DNA of 64,000 nucleotides from Laetmonice hystrix (lineage: Eukaryota), in contig OZ249439.1 of the NCBI GenBank assembly GCA_965235115.1, positions 24,490,001-24,554,000 on the forward strand. The letters run 5' to 3'. The notes under the pieces were generated by a model that saw nothing but the letters and a program-made list of their open reading frames with translations, searched no databases and had not been told where the DNA came from. The translations under genes and the position numbers were made by a program. Positions 1 to 11,200 of this stretch are shown here, piece after piece (the first letter of the stretch is position 1; the number at the start of each line of letters is the position of its first letter).

Positions 1-81
1 TGGAGGGTAACATCGGGGTGACATGGCCACATCACATCGGGACACATCTATTTGTCATCGGCTAAGTGTGAACGGGCCTTA
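1..81. mobile_element. Possible right end of a PIF/Harbinger-like MITE truncated by the window edge
   Basis: The sequence ends ...CTAAGTGTGAACGGGCC followed by TTA. GGCC termini with a TWA flank are typical of Harbinger MITEs. The left end is not visible, so the inverted repeat cannot be confirmed. Confidence 0.3.
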
Positions 82-3000
82 GGAACGTGGAAATCAAGAT
101 GACGTGTAAAACCCCAGTCATACCAAAACCGATTCTACTACGTTCTATGCCGTTCTATCAAGACCTGAAATCTGTTTTAATTCGCGATGAATCGTGATGA
201 AATCAGCGCTCAAAGTCAGGTAAATACACATAGGCGATCTAAAGACTAATATGCATCTTTAAAAAAATGGCAGAAAAGGTTAAGCAGACTAATAAATAAG
301 AAGCTTCAAGACTAAGTAGAACTCCTTTTTTCAACTTGGCTCTGCATAAACGTGGTAAATTCTACTGTTGCTGCATCCAATGATGCCACGTTTATCTTTC
401 TCTCCAGTATAAGGACCGCCCTACGTCTATAGTACCTGTCTGGAGTGATCCGTACCTATGGCGAGCCATCAAGGCACGTACACGAATCTCCTAACGTTTT
501 CTCTGACTCCGCCTTCACCATAACAATCTTCGTTCCTCCCAGCATTCAGTCATAACCATCAAGGCGTTGGCGTAATGAGCGATTAATAATCCAATTACAA
601 AAGTAATTGCAAAATGTTTAGGCAGAACTAATTGAATATTGACAGGTACTAGAATTACAGACGGGGGGTTTCCGTGCTTTTTCCCACGCGTTGTTTTTTT
701 TCGCGAACGGACAATTACCTGGTCGGCCAGTGAAAGTTCAACTTATCAAGTCAATAAACATATCGCTGGAGAAAAAATAAATTCTGTCACCAATTAATGA
801 ATTTGTAACAGTCCATCAGTTAAGAAAATCGGGGACGGTCACACGATTCACTGAAACGAAAAAACGTCACAAAGACTCCACATTGACCAACTAAAAGATA
901 AAAATAATGTCAATCTCTTTCTAGTAGTGAATCTGATTGCAAGCGCTCAGAGGGTGAAAAATATTCCCTTAGTTCAGTGTTGGCGTACAATTTGCCCATT
1001 GCAGCTGTAGGGATTGAATTGCAGACCTCATGCACCAGGCAATGCGGTCTTCAAACGGCCATTTGTGTATACTACTTATGCCAGCCTGTGACGTGAACAG
1101 ACCAGATAGTTCCTGACGTACATGACGCTGAGCAATTACGATAACTTCAAGGCATTAACATGAAAACATCGATACCTTTAACAACTTTTAATAAGTGTGT
1201 CTTTTGTGACATGTAAAACCAACTACCACGCTTGTTGCGTTTCTCCTCTGATTTTTAAGTGGTTTCTGCGACCCTTTATCGAGATTTAACAACCCTTTCG
1301 TTGCCAATTATACCTGACATTAAGAGATCATATTCCCCTCTCGATATCACCTGCGGCACTATTTACGGTTGCTAGAACTAGGCGTGTTCCATGATAAAGT
1401 TACACTATCGTAATAGTCTCCGATCCTCTTTGGTTTCCCACCATCGACCCCCAGCGGAGACGTGCTCCTGTGTTGCCAGCCGGGCAGTCCGCAGTGTCCA
1501 GTGAAGCGTGTCCGCCAAGCTGGATTAGCTGGCACTGTGCCAACACACCAGCCTCCGCCCCACCCACCCACCACCACCACTCTCTCTCCGCCAAGGAGTG
1601 CCATATTGGATTCTGGCCACTTAACGCTCCCAGAAGATTCTTTGCACCAACCGGGATGCGGCAGAGACAGACCTGACGGGGATGGATGGGGTGTGTGGGT
1701 CCAGTATTGGTCAGTGGACTCACCCCGTCAGGGCAGTGACCGTCACTCGTACCATCTGGGTGGACGACGCCAGACGATTAAATTGTCGAGCCCCCCCCCC
1801 CCCCACCTCCCCCCCCCCCGGCCCCACCGGGCCCAGACCATGGCCTTCACAGCGTCCCCACATGATTGGCACGTCACAGGTCATCCAGCGACTCGAATCT
1901 GATCGTCCCTAGTTGGAAATGGGTCGCAGGAGTTGCAACGGGTTGTTATAGCGGAAATACAACGTCGGTCGGCGCGTAAAGGGGACACGTAAAAAAACAC
2001 AATAGAGATACACAGTGTTTTAAATAAAACTCAAATGACATGTTGAAATGCATGCCCGGTTGACAAGCAGGGTTTGTAATGGAGAGGCACAACGCATTAT
2101 ATTCCCGAGCGCGGTATTTTGAACCGACGTCAACTTCTAGCGCCTTCCTCGCCGAGACCAGGGCCATGGGAAACAGGGGGTTTACCAGGTGACACTGGCG
2201 GGATTCAACCCCTGTCAAACAGCTCGTAAACCATTCCCACGAGGGCATGACAGCTACAACCTCGTCACGGCAACACTCAGTCTCAACACGAATCTAGAAC
2301 AGTGAAATGTTTGACCGAGTAAGCAACATTTATCTGAACGGCGGGTGAACTTAAATACACCTTTTATTTTTAAAAATACAACAGCAAGTCTGTGGCTTAC
2401 TAGCGTATACATCATTAAATTGATTAAAAGTAGCCTATATCGGATGGTTATCCCGTGACAGCAGATCACGCGCCTTTAATAGGGCAATATGTCGAGTTAG
2501 TCTCTAGGGTCACCGCCTACAGATGGTTGTCACAGTGACGAACGCAATAACTGCGCATGACGTATGTATACGTCACGTGTTGACGTCACGTCGACCCGTG
2601 GGGTTCACCTATAATAGTGCATGTACATATGTAAACCAGACCATGTATGTGAGGGATGTAGGATGGCTTCCTCTAATACCCACAGAGCCGTGTGACCCAA
2701 GTTTAGGCCACACAACGGCTAAAGCTTCCGTGCCGCCATTATGACGTGCGAGTGTCTACCCTTCTCTGCCGAGTGCTAATTAACCTGGACTACAGGACGT
2801 GAAACCTTACAGGGCTGTATGCGCTATGGGATCGGAGGGGAGTGGGCGGTCCCGGGAAGGTATTATCTTGTTGACGTATAACAGTGGTGGACCGTAAACA
2901 TTATGGGTAAAATATAATCATAAAATTTACAGAATACTATGACTTAAGATTAAAGAACTGGACAATAATATTTTCTGTCAAATAATCCAGCAGTCACCCG

Positions 3001-3666
3001 TAAATTTTACGGTATTGAACTGGCAGTCCCATTACCAGCACTTTACTGAAGAACAGTGTCGAGAAATCGCAATGCGTGCCTCCGACCGATGAAGGAATGT
3101 TTCCTACGGATAGTTAGTTTCACGACACCCAAAGAACGTTCTTTGCTACACCATTTAGATGGATCTCAACGTTTCTTCCAAAGCACCCATTGCAACCAAT
3201 TTAAACTTTGTAGCCGTTTAATCCGACAAGTCAGCGCCATGTAATATGTATACTCATTACCGAATGGAAGCCAGTACACCTGACACACCTAATGGATATT
3301 AAATCTTTTAAGAATTGCTATAAATTGCTACCTGCAAGTAATTTTTATGATGAACCGCAGAAGGGACTACGACTTGTTTAGAGGATGTTGAGTCAACCTG
3401 CAGACAAGTAAACTCTAGTAAATGGGTGACGTGACACGTCGTAGTATCGAGTTCAAATATTCAAACCAGCAGCTGAAGTATGCTGTTAGGAATTGGATGA
3501 GCAAAGTCCAACTTGGTTCTTCGTATCAAATTCCCAAGAAAATGTGCGGGCCAGGGAGTTTAGAAGGGAATCCCCCATACTTACCCCTGTAACCCGAACT
3601 GAGAGAAAGGATAGACCAGAATGTGAAAGTACAGCACTGTTTTTTGCAATGGTTGTTTCTGGTTAA

Positions 3667-3946
3667 AGTGGCACCTCAAATGCCTCAAATACTTACCTTT
3701 GAACTCCAGTGACACCATGTTCAAATTTCAGGTTCGAGCGATAAGCGAAAGTATTTTAAAAATGGAATTGAAAAATATGTCTCCGCTGTCCTTCTGGCTC
3801 CACTCCGAATTCGCTGCCATATTTGGACATAATGTATGATCTATAAATAGAACTCCCAACCCTCGCTGGCTTCAGAAAATAGCGGTCGGACCGGACGGAA
3901 ACTCGGGGTTTATCGCTCGAACCTGAAATTTTAACATGGTGCCACT
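3667..3946. mobile_element. Non-autonomous TIR element flanked by TTAA (Kolobok-like MITE)
   Basis: TTAA|AGTGGCACC ... GGTGCCACT|TTAA. The reverse complement of the right end (GTGGCACCATGTTAAAATTTCAGGTTCGAGCGATA) also matches an internal copy at about 3709-3743. TTAA flanks with purine-purine termini are the established Kolobok signature; piggyBac elements usually start with C. Confidence 0.7.
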
Positions 3947-4067
3947 TTAAGTAATAAGTTAGAAGTAAAAAGTACATACTCTATTTCTATCTCAACACTG
4001 GTTTCTATGTAGACCTTATACCTGAGACAATCACTATAAACCGATTAGTCCCACTCCTATAGAGGTG

Positions 4068-4099
4068 GCTGGTTTCCTCCACTAGTAAAACTCACTGCC
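4068..4099 (+). mobile_element. Short SINE central-domain fragment
   Basis: GCTGGTTTCCTCCACTAGTAAAACTCACTGCC resembles the GGTTTCCTCCACCAATAAAACTGA motif I recall from Meta-type invertebrate SINE cores. It also matches the longer copy at 29879-29949 on the opposite strand. Confidence 0.4.
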
Positions 4100-5042
4100 T
4101 TCTCCACATGACAGGCGTAAACACACCCTAATCTTGAACTCCTACAAGACATGAGACCCGCATAATATCCGGTTCACAATTAGAAAGCCCCACGTCCCAT
4201 GTGCCGTTTGCAATTACATAATCATTACATCCATACACAGGTACATATGTAAGCCTTCCTAAAGTCAATCTTTCTGGTATAATTATAAACACCGTGCGTC
4301 CCCGATTGTTTCATTTCTTTCGCTGATTAAGTCAGTGTCTTCTCGTGACACAATCCAAACCGTAAGATCTGTCGATGTCGCGGAGGTCGTGGGAAGACCA
4401 ACCCCTTGGGGTAACGCCCACACGACACACATCTTTTCTGGCGGTTCCCGTGGGGGACCCCAGGAGACGGTATGTACCCCATCCACCCGGGGCCGTAGTT
4501 TCACCAGCCAGGCTACAGTTGCCGAAAGAGGAGCGGTTAGCCTGTCAGATACACTTGGTAACTTATATCTCGATATTATCATTTTCTCACAAAATGATAT
4601 CTTAGGATTTTTTTTTTCTGACGCCATGTACAAGTATTTGATATAACATTAACACATATATGGTATCCACTATTTCCAGGCATGTAATCTGTTTGTTGAT
4701 CACGTCTTGTCACTTTTATTCTATTAGTAGTCATTTATGTCTTCATGTTCATCACAATTAATGTATTATTTTATTAGTAGTCTTTTATGTCTTCATGTTA
4801 ATCAAATATATAACATGATACCTGCCACGTTAAAATGTCATGCAGGTATCTACATGTACATATAGCAGTAGCGGCAGCAATAGCTGCAGCAGCAGCTGCT
4901 GCAGAATGTCGGGTTGAGTCAGACTTAGCGTGAATCACGATATGTTTACACACGGCTTTGGGCGCCGTGATTCAGTTGTCCTGGTTATCAGTACGTATAG
5001 ATCTACGACACGGGCTCGTGTTGTAGCGGCGACGGACTTGTC

Positions 5043-5150
5043 GTATGACGTGACGTATGACGTGACGTATGACGTGACGTATGACGTGACGTATGACGTG
5101 ACGTATGACGTGACGTATGACGTGACGTATGACGTGACGTATGACGTGAT
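5043..5150. repeat. Minisatellite, 9 x 12 bp (GTATGACGTGAC)
   Basis: Nine direct copies read from the sequence, identical except for the last base of the last copy. They explain the YDVT and HVIR repeats in the ORF track. Confidence 0.97.
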
Positions 5151-5387
5151 TTTGGAGGGCTGGCCGCCTGATTACCCCCAGGACTGCCCTAGTCAGGTCG
5201 GACCAACGCCGCGAGATCTGGGGCTGAGTCATGTGATCAACTTTACGACAGGCCTCGTCACCCACTCACCTCATGCATCACAAAGAATAGAGTACCCACA
5301 AAAAAGAGACGGATTCCGTTTTGTCGTTGAGATTTTAACATTAACAATTATGTGCAGGAAATCATTAGACCATTAGATTATAAGCAG

Positions 5388-5523
5388 GGCCTGGTTCCTT
5401 AAATCTTAAGAGCTTACTTAAGTTTACGCTTAACGCTTCTGATTGGCTGGTTTAAGCACACCGGCCAATCAGAAGCGTTAAGTATAAACTTAAGTAACAT
5501 CTTAAGATTTCAGGAACCGGGCC
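5388..5523. mobile_element. Hairpin MITE, PIF/Harbinger-like, with CAG target duplication
   Basis: CAG|GGCCTGGTTCC...GGAACCGGGCC|CAG. The two ~64-bp arms are complementary with about 7 mismatches around an ~8-nt loop. A 3-bp CWG duplication is known for some Harbinger families. Confidence 0.8.
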
Positions 5524-8047
5524 CAGGTCACCGGAACCACTGGAAGTTCTCCAAACGAGAGAAGTCCAGACTGATTAGTTCAGAGCCGTCACCGCGTGGT
5601 GGCTCCACAGCGGAGGTGCATGACTCAGCACTTTGTAGAGCGCATTACAAAATGACCGCCAGTTGGGTCGGGCCCCCACACGGCCGGAGGAGGTCATGTA
5701 AGGCGGGGTCAATTATACCAGGCATCGCCGCTTGGTGGCGCCCTAATCACCGGCAGACGAAACCGAAACAACACACATGCACCACCTGAAAAGAAAGATT
5801 TTTTTAAACTTCGTCTGAGTTCGGACTATGGTTACTGCAACAGCCGATCCTTTATTCCGCCGAGATTGTGCGCAGTCCCGCCCCCCCCCCCCGCCCCCTC
5901 CGCAGCCCCCTCCCCCAGCCCACATCCACTCCAACTCCCCCAAGTATCAGGCGGCTGGCACTTGCCACATCTGAGGCCCGCGGTCTGTAACTTGAACCGT
6001 GTGTGTTGATCAACAACCAGCCACTGGGCGGGGGAACAGCAAAGGTGTGGCCGCAACTACATGTGAGGTCAGAACGATATCTCAGGCACCACTTCCTGCA
6101 CGGATCGTTTAGATCAATAACTGACATATCATTTATCCGGTGTGTATACAAATAACACACTGGGCGAAAGGTGGAGCGGGGGAGGACAGAATCTGGAAGG
6201 GGGGCGGGGGTACTTTCTCAGCAGATATTGCACAGGGTGGAGCTTATAAAAGAAAGACAAAAAAGACCCTAATAAATTTTTTTGTTAAACAACAGATAAA
6301 CAAACAAGATACACCAGATGTAATTACAAGTCATGCTGGCAAAAGAAAATCTTGGCCTTATACATGGTATCCCCCAAACTAAAGTTGTGGCGTTTTCTTA
6401 CATCTTGCAATTACAGCGAGATGCCTTATATTTTCTTTTTGATACACCCTATATAGTACCTCGATGATAGGCCTACCCAATGAACGTTGCAACCTATTAC
6501 GAAAAGATGGCGCATTGTAAATGTACTGACACACTGTGCAGTATGACCTTATCTCCAAGAGATTGTACTTTTTACACACAGTTTCCCGAAAAAAAAACTT
6601 GGTTGAATAAGGTGGTAACTTGTACTCGCGCACTCCCAGTTTCCACGCGTACTATCTCGTCTGGCCGTGATCTGTGTCGATGCAAAGTTCAAACGTTTAT
6701 ACATTTCAATGACCGTGACATTATTATGTTGCTTATCGCATGGTGCTCCATCGCATTTATAAACGCAGTAAGCGCAACATAGTTGGCATATCTGAACTAA
6801 TACTCTGCTAAAGTCTGCCTGCGTCTGATGTGTTTCTAACAGCAGGGGGTACAGCGATACCAGGATCGCCGATAGACACGAAATCTATTTGCCTGCACCT
6901 AGACGATTTGTTCAGGCCTCTTTCTCTTGGCGTTCACATTTCGCTGGTATACAGAATGAGATACCAGTTAAATCTGTCACTGACCGACATTATATTGTGT
7001 GTGTACAAGAACAAATGTCAGTATAGCCACTAATTACGGCAGTTGTCAGGAGTCGGCAGCGAAAGCGTCGAATCACAGGGTCAGCTATCTCATGAATCGG
7101 AATCGAGAGGAGACTCATACTTTGAGTGTTTCCTGCTTCAGTTCGATTACCAACCAGTCACTTACTCGTTATTAGGTCAATGGTGGGTGTGAACAGGGGC
7201 ATAATTCCCCTACTTGAACCCAATATGTCTACTTGTATGCGTGATTCCCCGATACTAGAGCCGCCTTCGCCACTCACTATATGTACAATCAATGTGTGGG
7301 TTGTCTACAGCAGGACACTCAACCATGGCCAGATGTTATATATAAATGTTCCTAAAGTAAACAACCATCGATCAATATCTCGACAACAACATAGATATAG
7401 GCATACATACGTAAATGGTACAGACTCGGACACAATAATATTGTCATTAATAGGTGCATTTCGGAAGGATGTAGCAAATCATTTTATTCCATAAATGTAT
7501 ACAGAAAAGAAGTCGTAATTTTCGAATTTCAAAAAACAAACTTCGCGCTGTATTTCTAAGTAATTAAAGATCCTATAATCACATTGGGCCCCGCTGGGGG
7601 CTGGTCACGTGACGTCGTCGTTATACCACGTGACGGCTACCGCCCGTACGTCCGTCCATGTGGAGTTCCGTTTCCGGAGGCAGAGTTAGCCGGCCTCCCG
7701 CTCAGCAGACAGATCGGTTCCCGTTCCCGCCTCTCAATGTGACCGATTGACGAAAACCTTCCGGACTTTGTGACATCCGCCCCCGGCAAGTCGGTCGATA
7801 CTTCATGGAGGTAGCACGCACTGCACCACTGGTTTACTTAGATCATCACGAGTTCAACCCCTTTATTTTCTACACAACAGCTAGGGTTTTAACCGACGTG
7901 AAGCTTGTGTAGTTCCAATGAAATACCACTTCTTGCCAAGCTCTCGCCTTCCTAAATCCACAAACTTGAAAAGTCTGAACAGAAAAGAACAAAAAAATCC
8001 GAAAGGTCAAGAACACTGGTGAAGGTGGATCTCCAGTCTGAGACGTG

Positions 8048-8288
8048 CTGGAGGACGCAGTGGGCGCCGTTCATACCTCCTCCAGTACTGGAGGACGCGG
8101 TGGGCGCCGTTCATACCTCCTCCAGTACTGGAGGACGCGGTGGGCGCCGTTCATACCTCCTCCAGTGCTGGAGGACGCAGTGGGCGCCGTTCATACCTCC
8201 TCCAGTACTGGAGGACGCATTGGGCGCCGTTCATACCTCATCCAGTACTGGAGGACGCAGTGGGCGCCGTTCATACCCCCTCCAGTGC
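8048..8288. repeat. Minisatellite, 6 x 40 bp (CTGGAGGACGCAGTGGGCGCCGTTCATACCTCCTCCAGTA)
   Basis: Units start at 8048, 8088, 8128, 8168, 8208 and 8248. Most unit junctions form the palindrome TCCTCCAGTACTGGAGGA. Confidence 0.96.
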
Positions 8289-11200
8289 CTGCCCAGAAGC
8301 CGAAGCCTCCAGGGTCTGCGAATCAGGCGTTCCATTCAGATGCCAGGCATCCACCAATGTCGAACCGTCCCTCTGAAAATAAAAAAAAAACTACCAACCG
8401 TAAGAAATCAAAATATAGATTAAGTTAATGGGTCTCCTCAAAATGAGAGGCCGTTGGAGTGAATGGATGAAACAGGAAATATAAATCTTTTCGGGGTTCT
8501 GTTAACCGTTGGCACTACCACAAAATACATAGAAGTAAATGCTACACTGCATCATGATCGCCTTGAAGATGGCAACTCCCGGCTTGGAGAAGGAATCCTG
8601 ACATTGGGGACAACTGTCGGAGGAGATAGAATCTTGTCCACACATCTTCAAACATTGAATTCTTATCCTGCGAAGCCACCAAAGAATTTAACATAAGGGG
8701 CAATGCCATTTTGATAAACCCCAATTTAGTAGAGTTTTCTGAACAGTTTTAGAGCCAGTTCTGCTTTGTAAACACATGGGGGACCTTCCTATCACAGACA
8801 ATAAAATCGGTCAAACGTCCAGACAATGGCCTCTATAGCACCATTCAACTGTCTGGGTCGGCGCTGGACCCTTGGCATTTAGGCGACGACATAACCAGGG
8901 CTGTCATGTACCGTAAAAGACTTCGCCATGGAATGCCATGGAATCCCAGCAGTTCCACATAAGTCCGATACCGCCATCAAAATCGGTTTACCGGTATTAA
9001 CACTATTTCGACCGTGCTTAACGACAGCAGGCTGAAGGGGCCGGGGAGTGACCTGTTTTTCGACGGCAAATGTTACGATATCCCGACGTTTTTCATATGA
9101 CGTGACATTTGACGTGACGTCTGACGTGAGTTGTCAAGAAGTCTGTATACGTCGCGCATGGACGACTGGCACTTCGCCAAACCCACCCCCTGAACCTTGG
9201 ATTCAGTCAAAACAGAGACAGCCCTGGGCACACGCTTTTACAAGCCATGCACATCATATCCCTGGCTAACTCCGTTTGATTCTTAATGTTGGATGGATTC
9301 AGGCAGATGTCCTGACCATAGCCATTCAACTTTCTGCACTGGTACATTATGATAATATGCAGGTTGAATAAAGAGCCTTGATGACATCTTTCATTGATTC
9401 GTGAGTGAGTAGGTGGGCGTGGGCAGACAAGTGAAGGTGGTGGTTGTAGTCCATGTGGGCGCTCAACAATACAAGCCGACAGCTACTTACAACACGGCGT
9501 CAGTTGATCTCTCCTTGTGTCTGCTTCCTGTCTAGTCTGTCTAGCAAATTCATGTTCAATTCCCGTCTGAGCTAAGTTAATTGAACTAATATCTCAAAGG
9601 TTACTCTACCATTATTGGCGGTTATAAAACTTGAATTCCCAAAAGGGAAAATTCATTGTGCTTATTGAATGAATGTTCAGAAGTCATTTTGAGATATGGC
9701 TTATATAAATTACCAGCACTTGACTGAACTGCTTTCATGTAATTACTGGATTCCAGCGCAGGTCAGTAATTTCTTATCGTGAGATGACTTTTAAAATGTC
9801 AATTCTGAAGACAGCAGTTTCTCTTTTGTAATTCCCGTAACGCTCATATATAAAAAAAATTATCTGTAAAACAACCTCATTCTGATATCAAAACATGAGG
9901 GAGGGGGGGGGGAGAAAATAATGTCTTATCTCCAACCTCGAACCGCAGAAGGTGGCTACATTAAGGGGCATTCGGTTTTCAGTCCAGTTCAGCGCCAAGT
10001 CGTGTTTCAAAGCGCTTTGCCTTGGACAGAAAGTGAGGCCGTGTACCACCCGACACTCATAAAGATGATAATTAGGTCGTCGGTAAGACGATCTGTAAAC
10101 TGGCCAATATAAAACGTTAGAGGAGACACGACTGAGCGTTTTGTAAAGGTCACTCAAAACGAGTATAATGTCAGCAATAAAAAAAACAACCAAATGTTTA
10201 CACGGGTCTAAGTAAACAACTGGGCCAACGTTCAAACTACGCTGAAACACCTCGAACCTATATCTTCAATAGAAATACTGTATGCTAAAGTTGGCAGTCT
10301 GAAGGGCCTAAACCATTGTCTTTGATATTTTGGGTTTAATAAACGGAATTTACGCTGTCGTATTTGCTTGCTATTCACACCTATCGGAAAATGGGGTTCG
10401 TCCTTTCAACTCGAAATAGGATTAGCATTAAGAGTCGATTTAAAAAAACGCAGGTCCTCTTCCATGAGCAGTTTGCATTCCAAGCCACATGAAGCCCTTT
10501 GTCTTTGATCTTCAAAGATCTTTGATCGTTAACATTTGGGCCTTGCATGTTTTACTTTCCTTTTCAGAGTATACATTATCAAAGCAATAGGCCGCGCAAG
10601 GCTCATGGAGCCTAGGTTTTTGCTAAGCGTCGGCCTACTCGTAAAATGCGATAAGAAGTTCAATTTCAATAACCCTGTGCTCATTATGGTTCGCCAGCAG
10701 GCTACTGCGTTGATGATACTTTGAATCTGCGATTTGGGAAGATTTCAGATCATATTCAGTGTGACATAGAAAATGAATTACTAAGGTTACTTTCATTTAG
10801 GTAGAGCAAAAACATCAATGATAGGCACAATCAAAACTGCCTTTCATACATGTTATTCATTTAATGTAATAAATAATCTACAAATGAAGTTGTCGTATAG
10901 TATCAACACTTTCATAGTGGCGAACATGTAACAGATTTAGCTAATTGCAATGGCCATCTCTCTGCCTTGAACCTCGAAGCTGCCTCAGGATAAACCCAGG
11001 CAGCTCTCCTGTAAGGAGACACGAACTGAGTGACAGAATCCTACATCCGGTCCCATAGACCCTGAAACTTTACATGGACAACCATCCATTTCACATTGTA
11101 GCTGAACGGAAAATACACTGTCTGTCAACACTGCCTGTTCGGACTTTCTGTATCTTAGTCCTCCAATAGAGTAATGACAGGGCCATGTCGTGACAAAACA

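Noticed and set aside
4930-5376. 148-aa ORF with YDVT repeats
   Set aside because: It is driven by the 12-bp tandem repeat; the flanking translation is unrecognisable.
8048-8288. CRISPR-like appearance (palindromic repeat with intervening sequence)
   Set aside because: The intervening 22-nt segments are near-identical rather than unique spacers, the context is eukaryotic, and there are no cas genes. The same applies to the 38-bp array.
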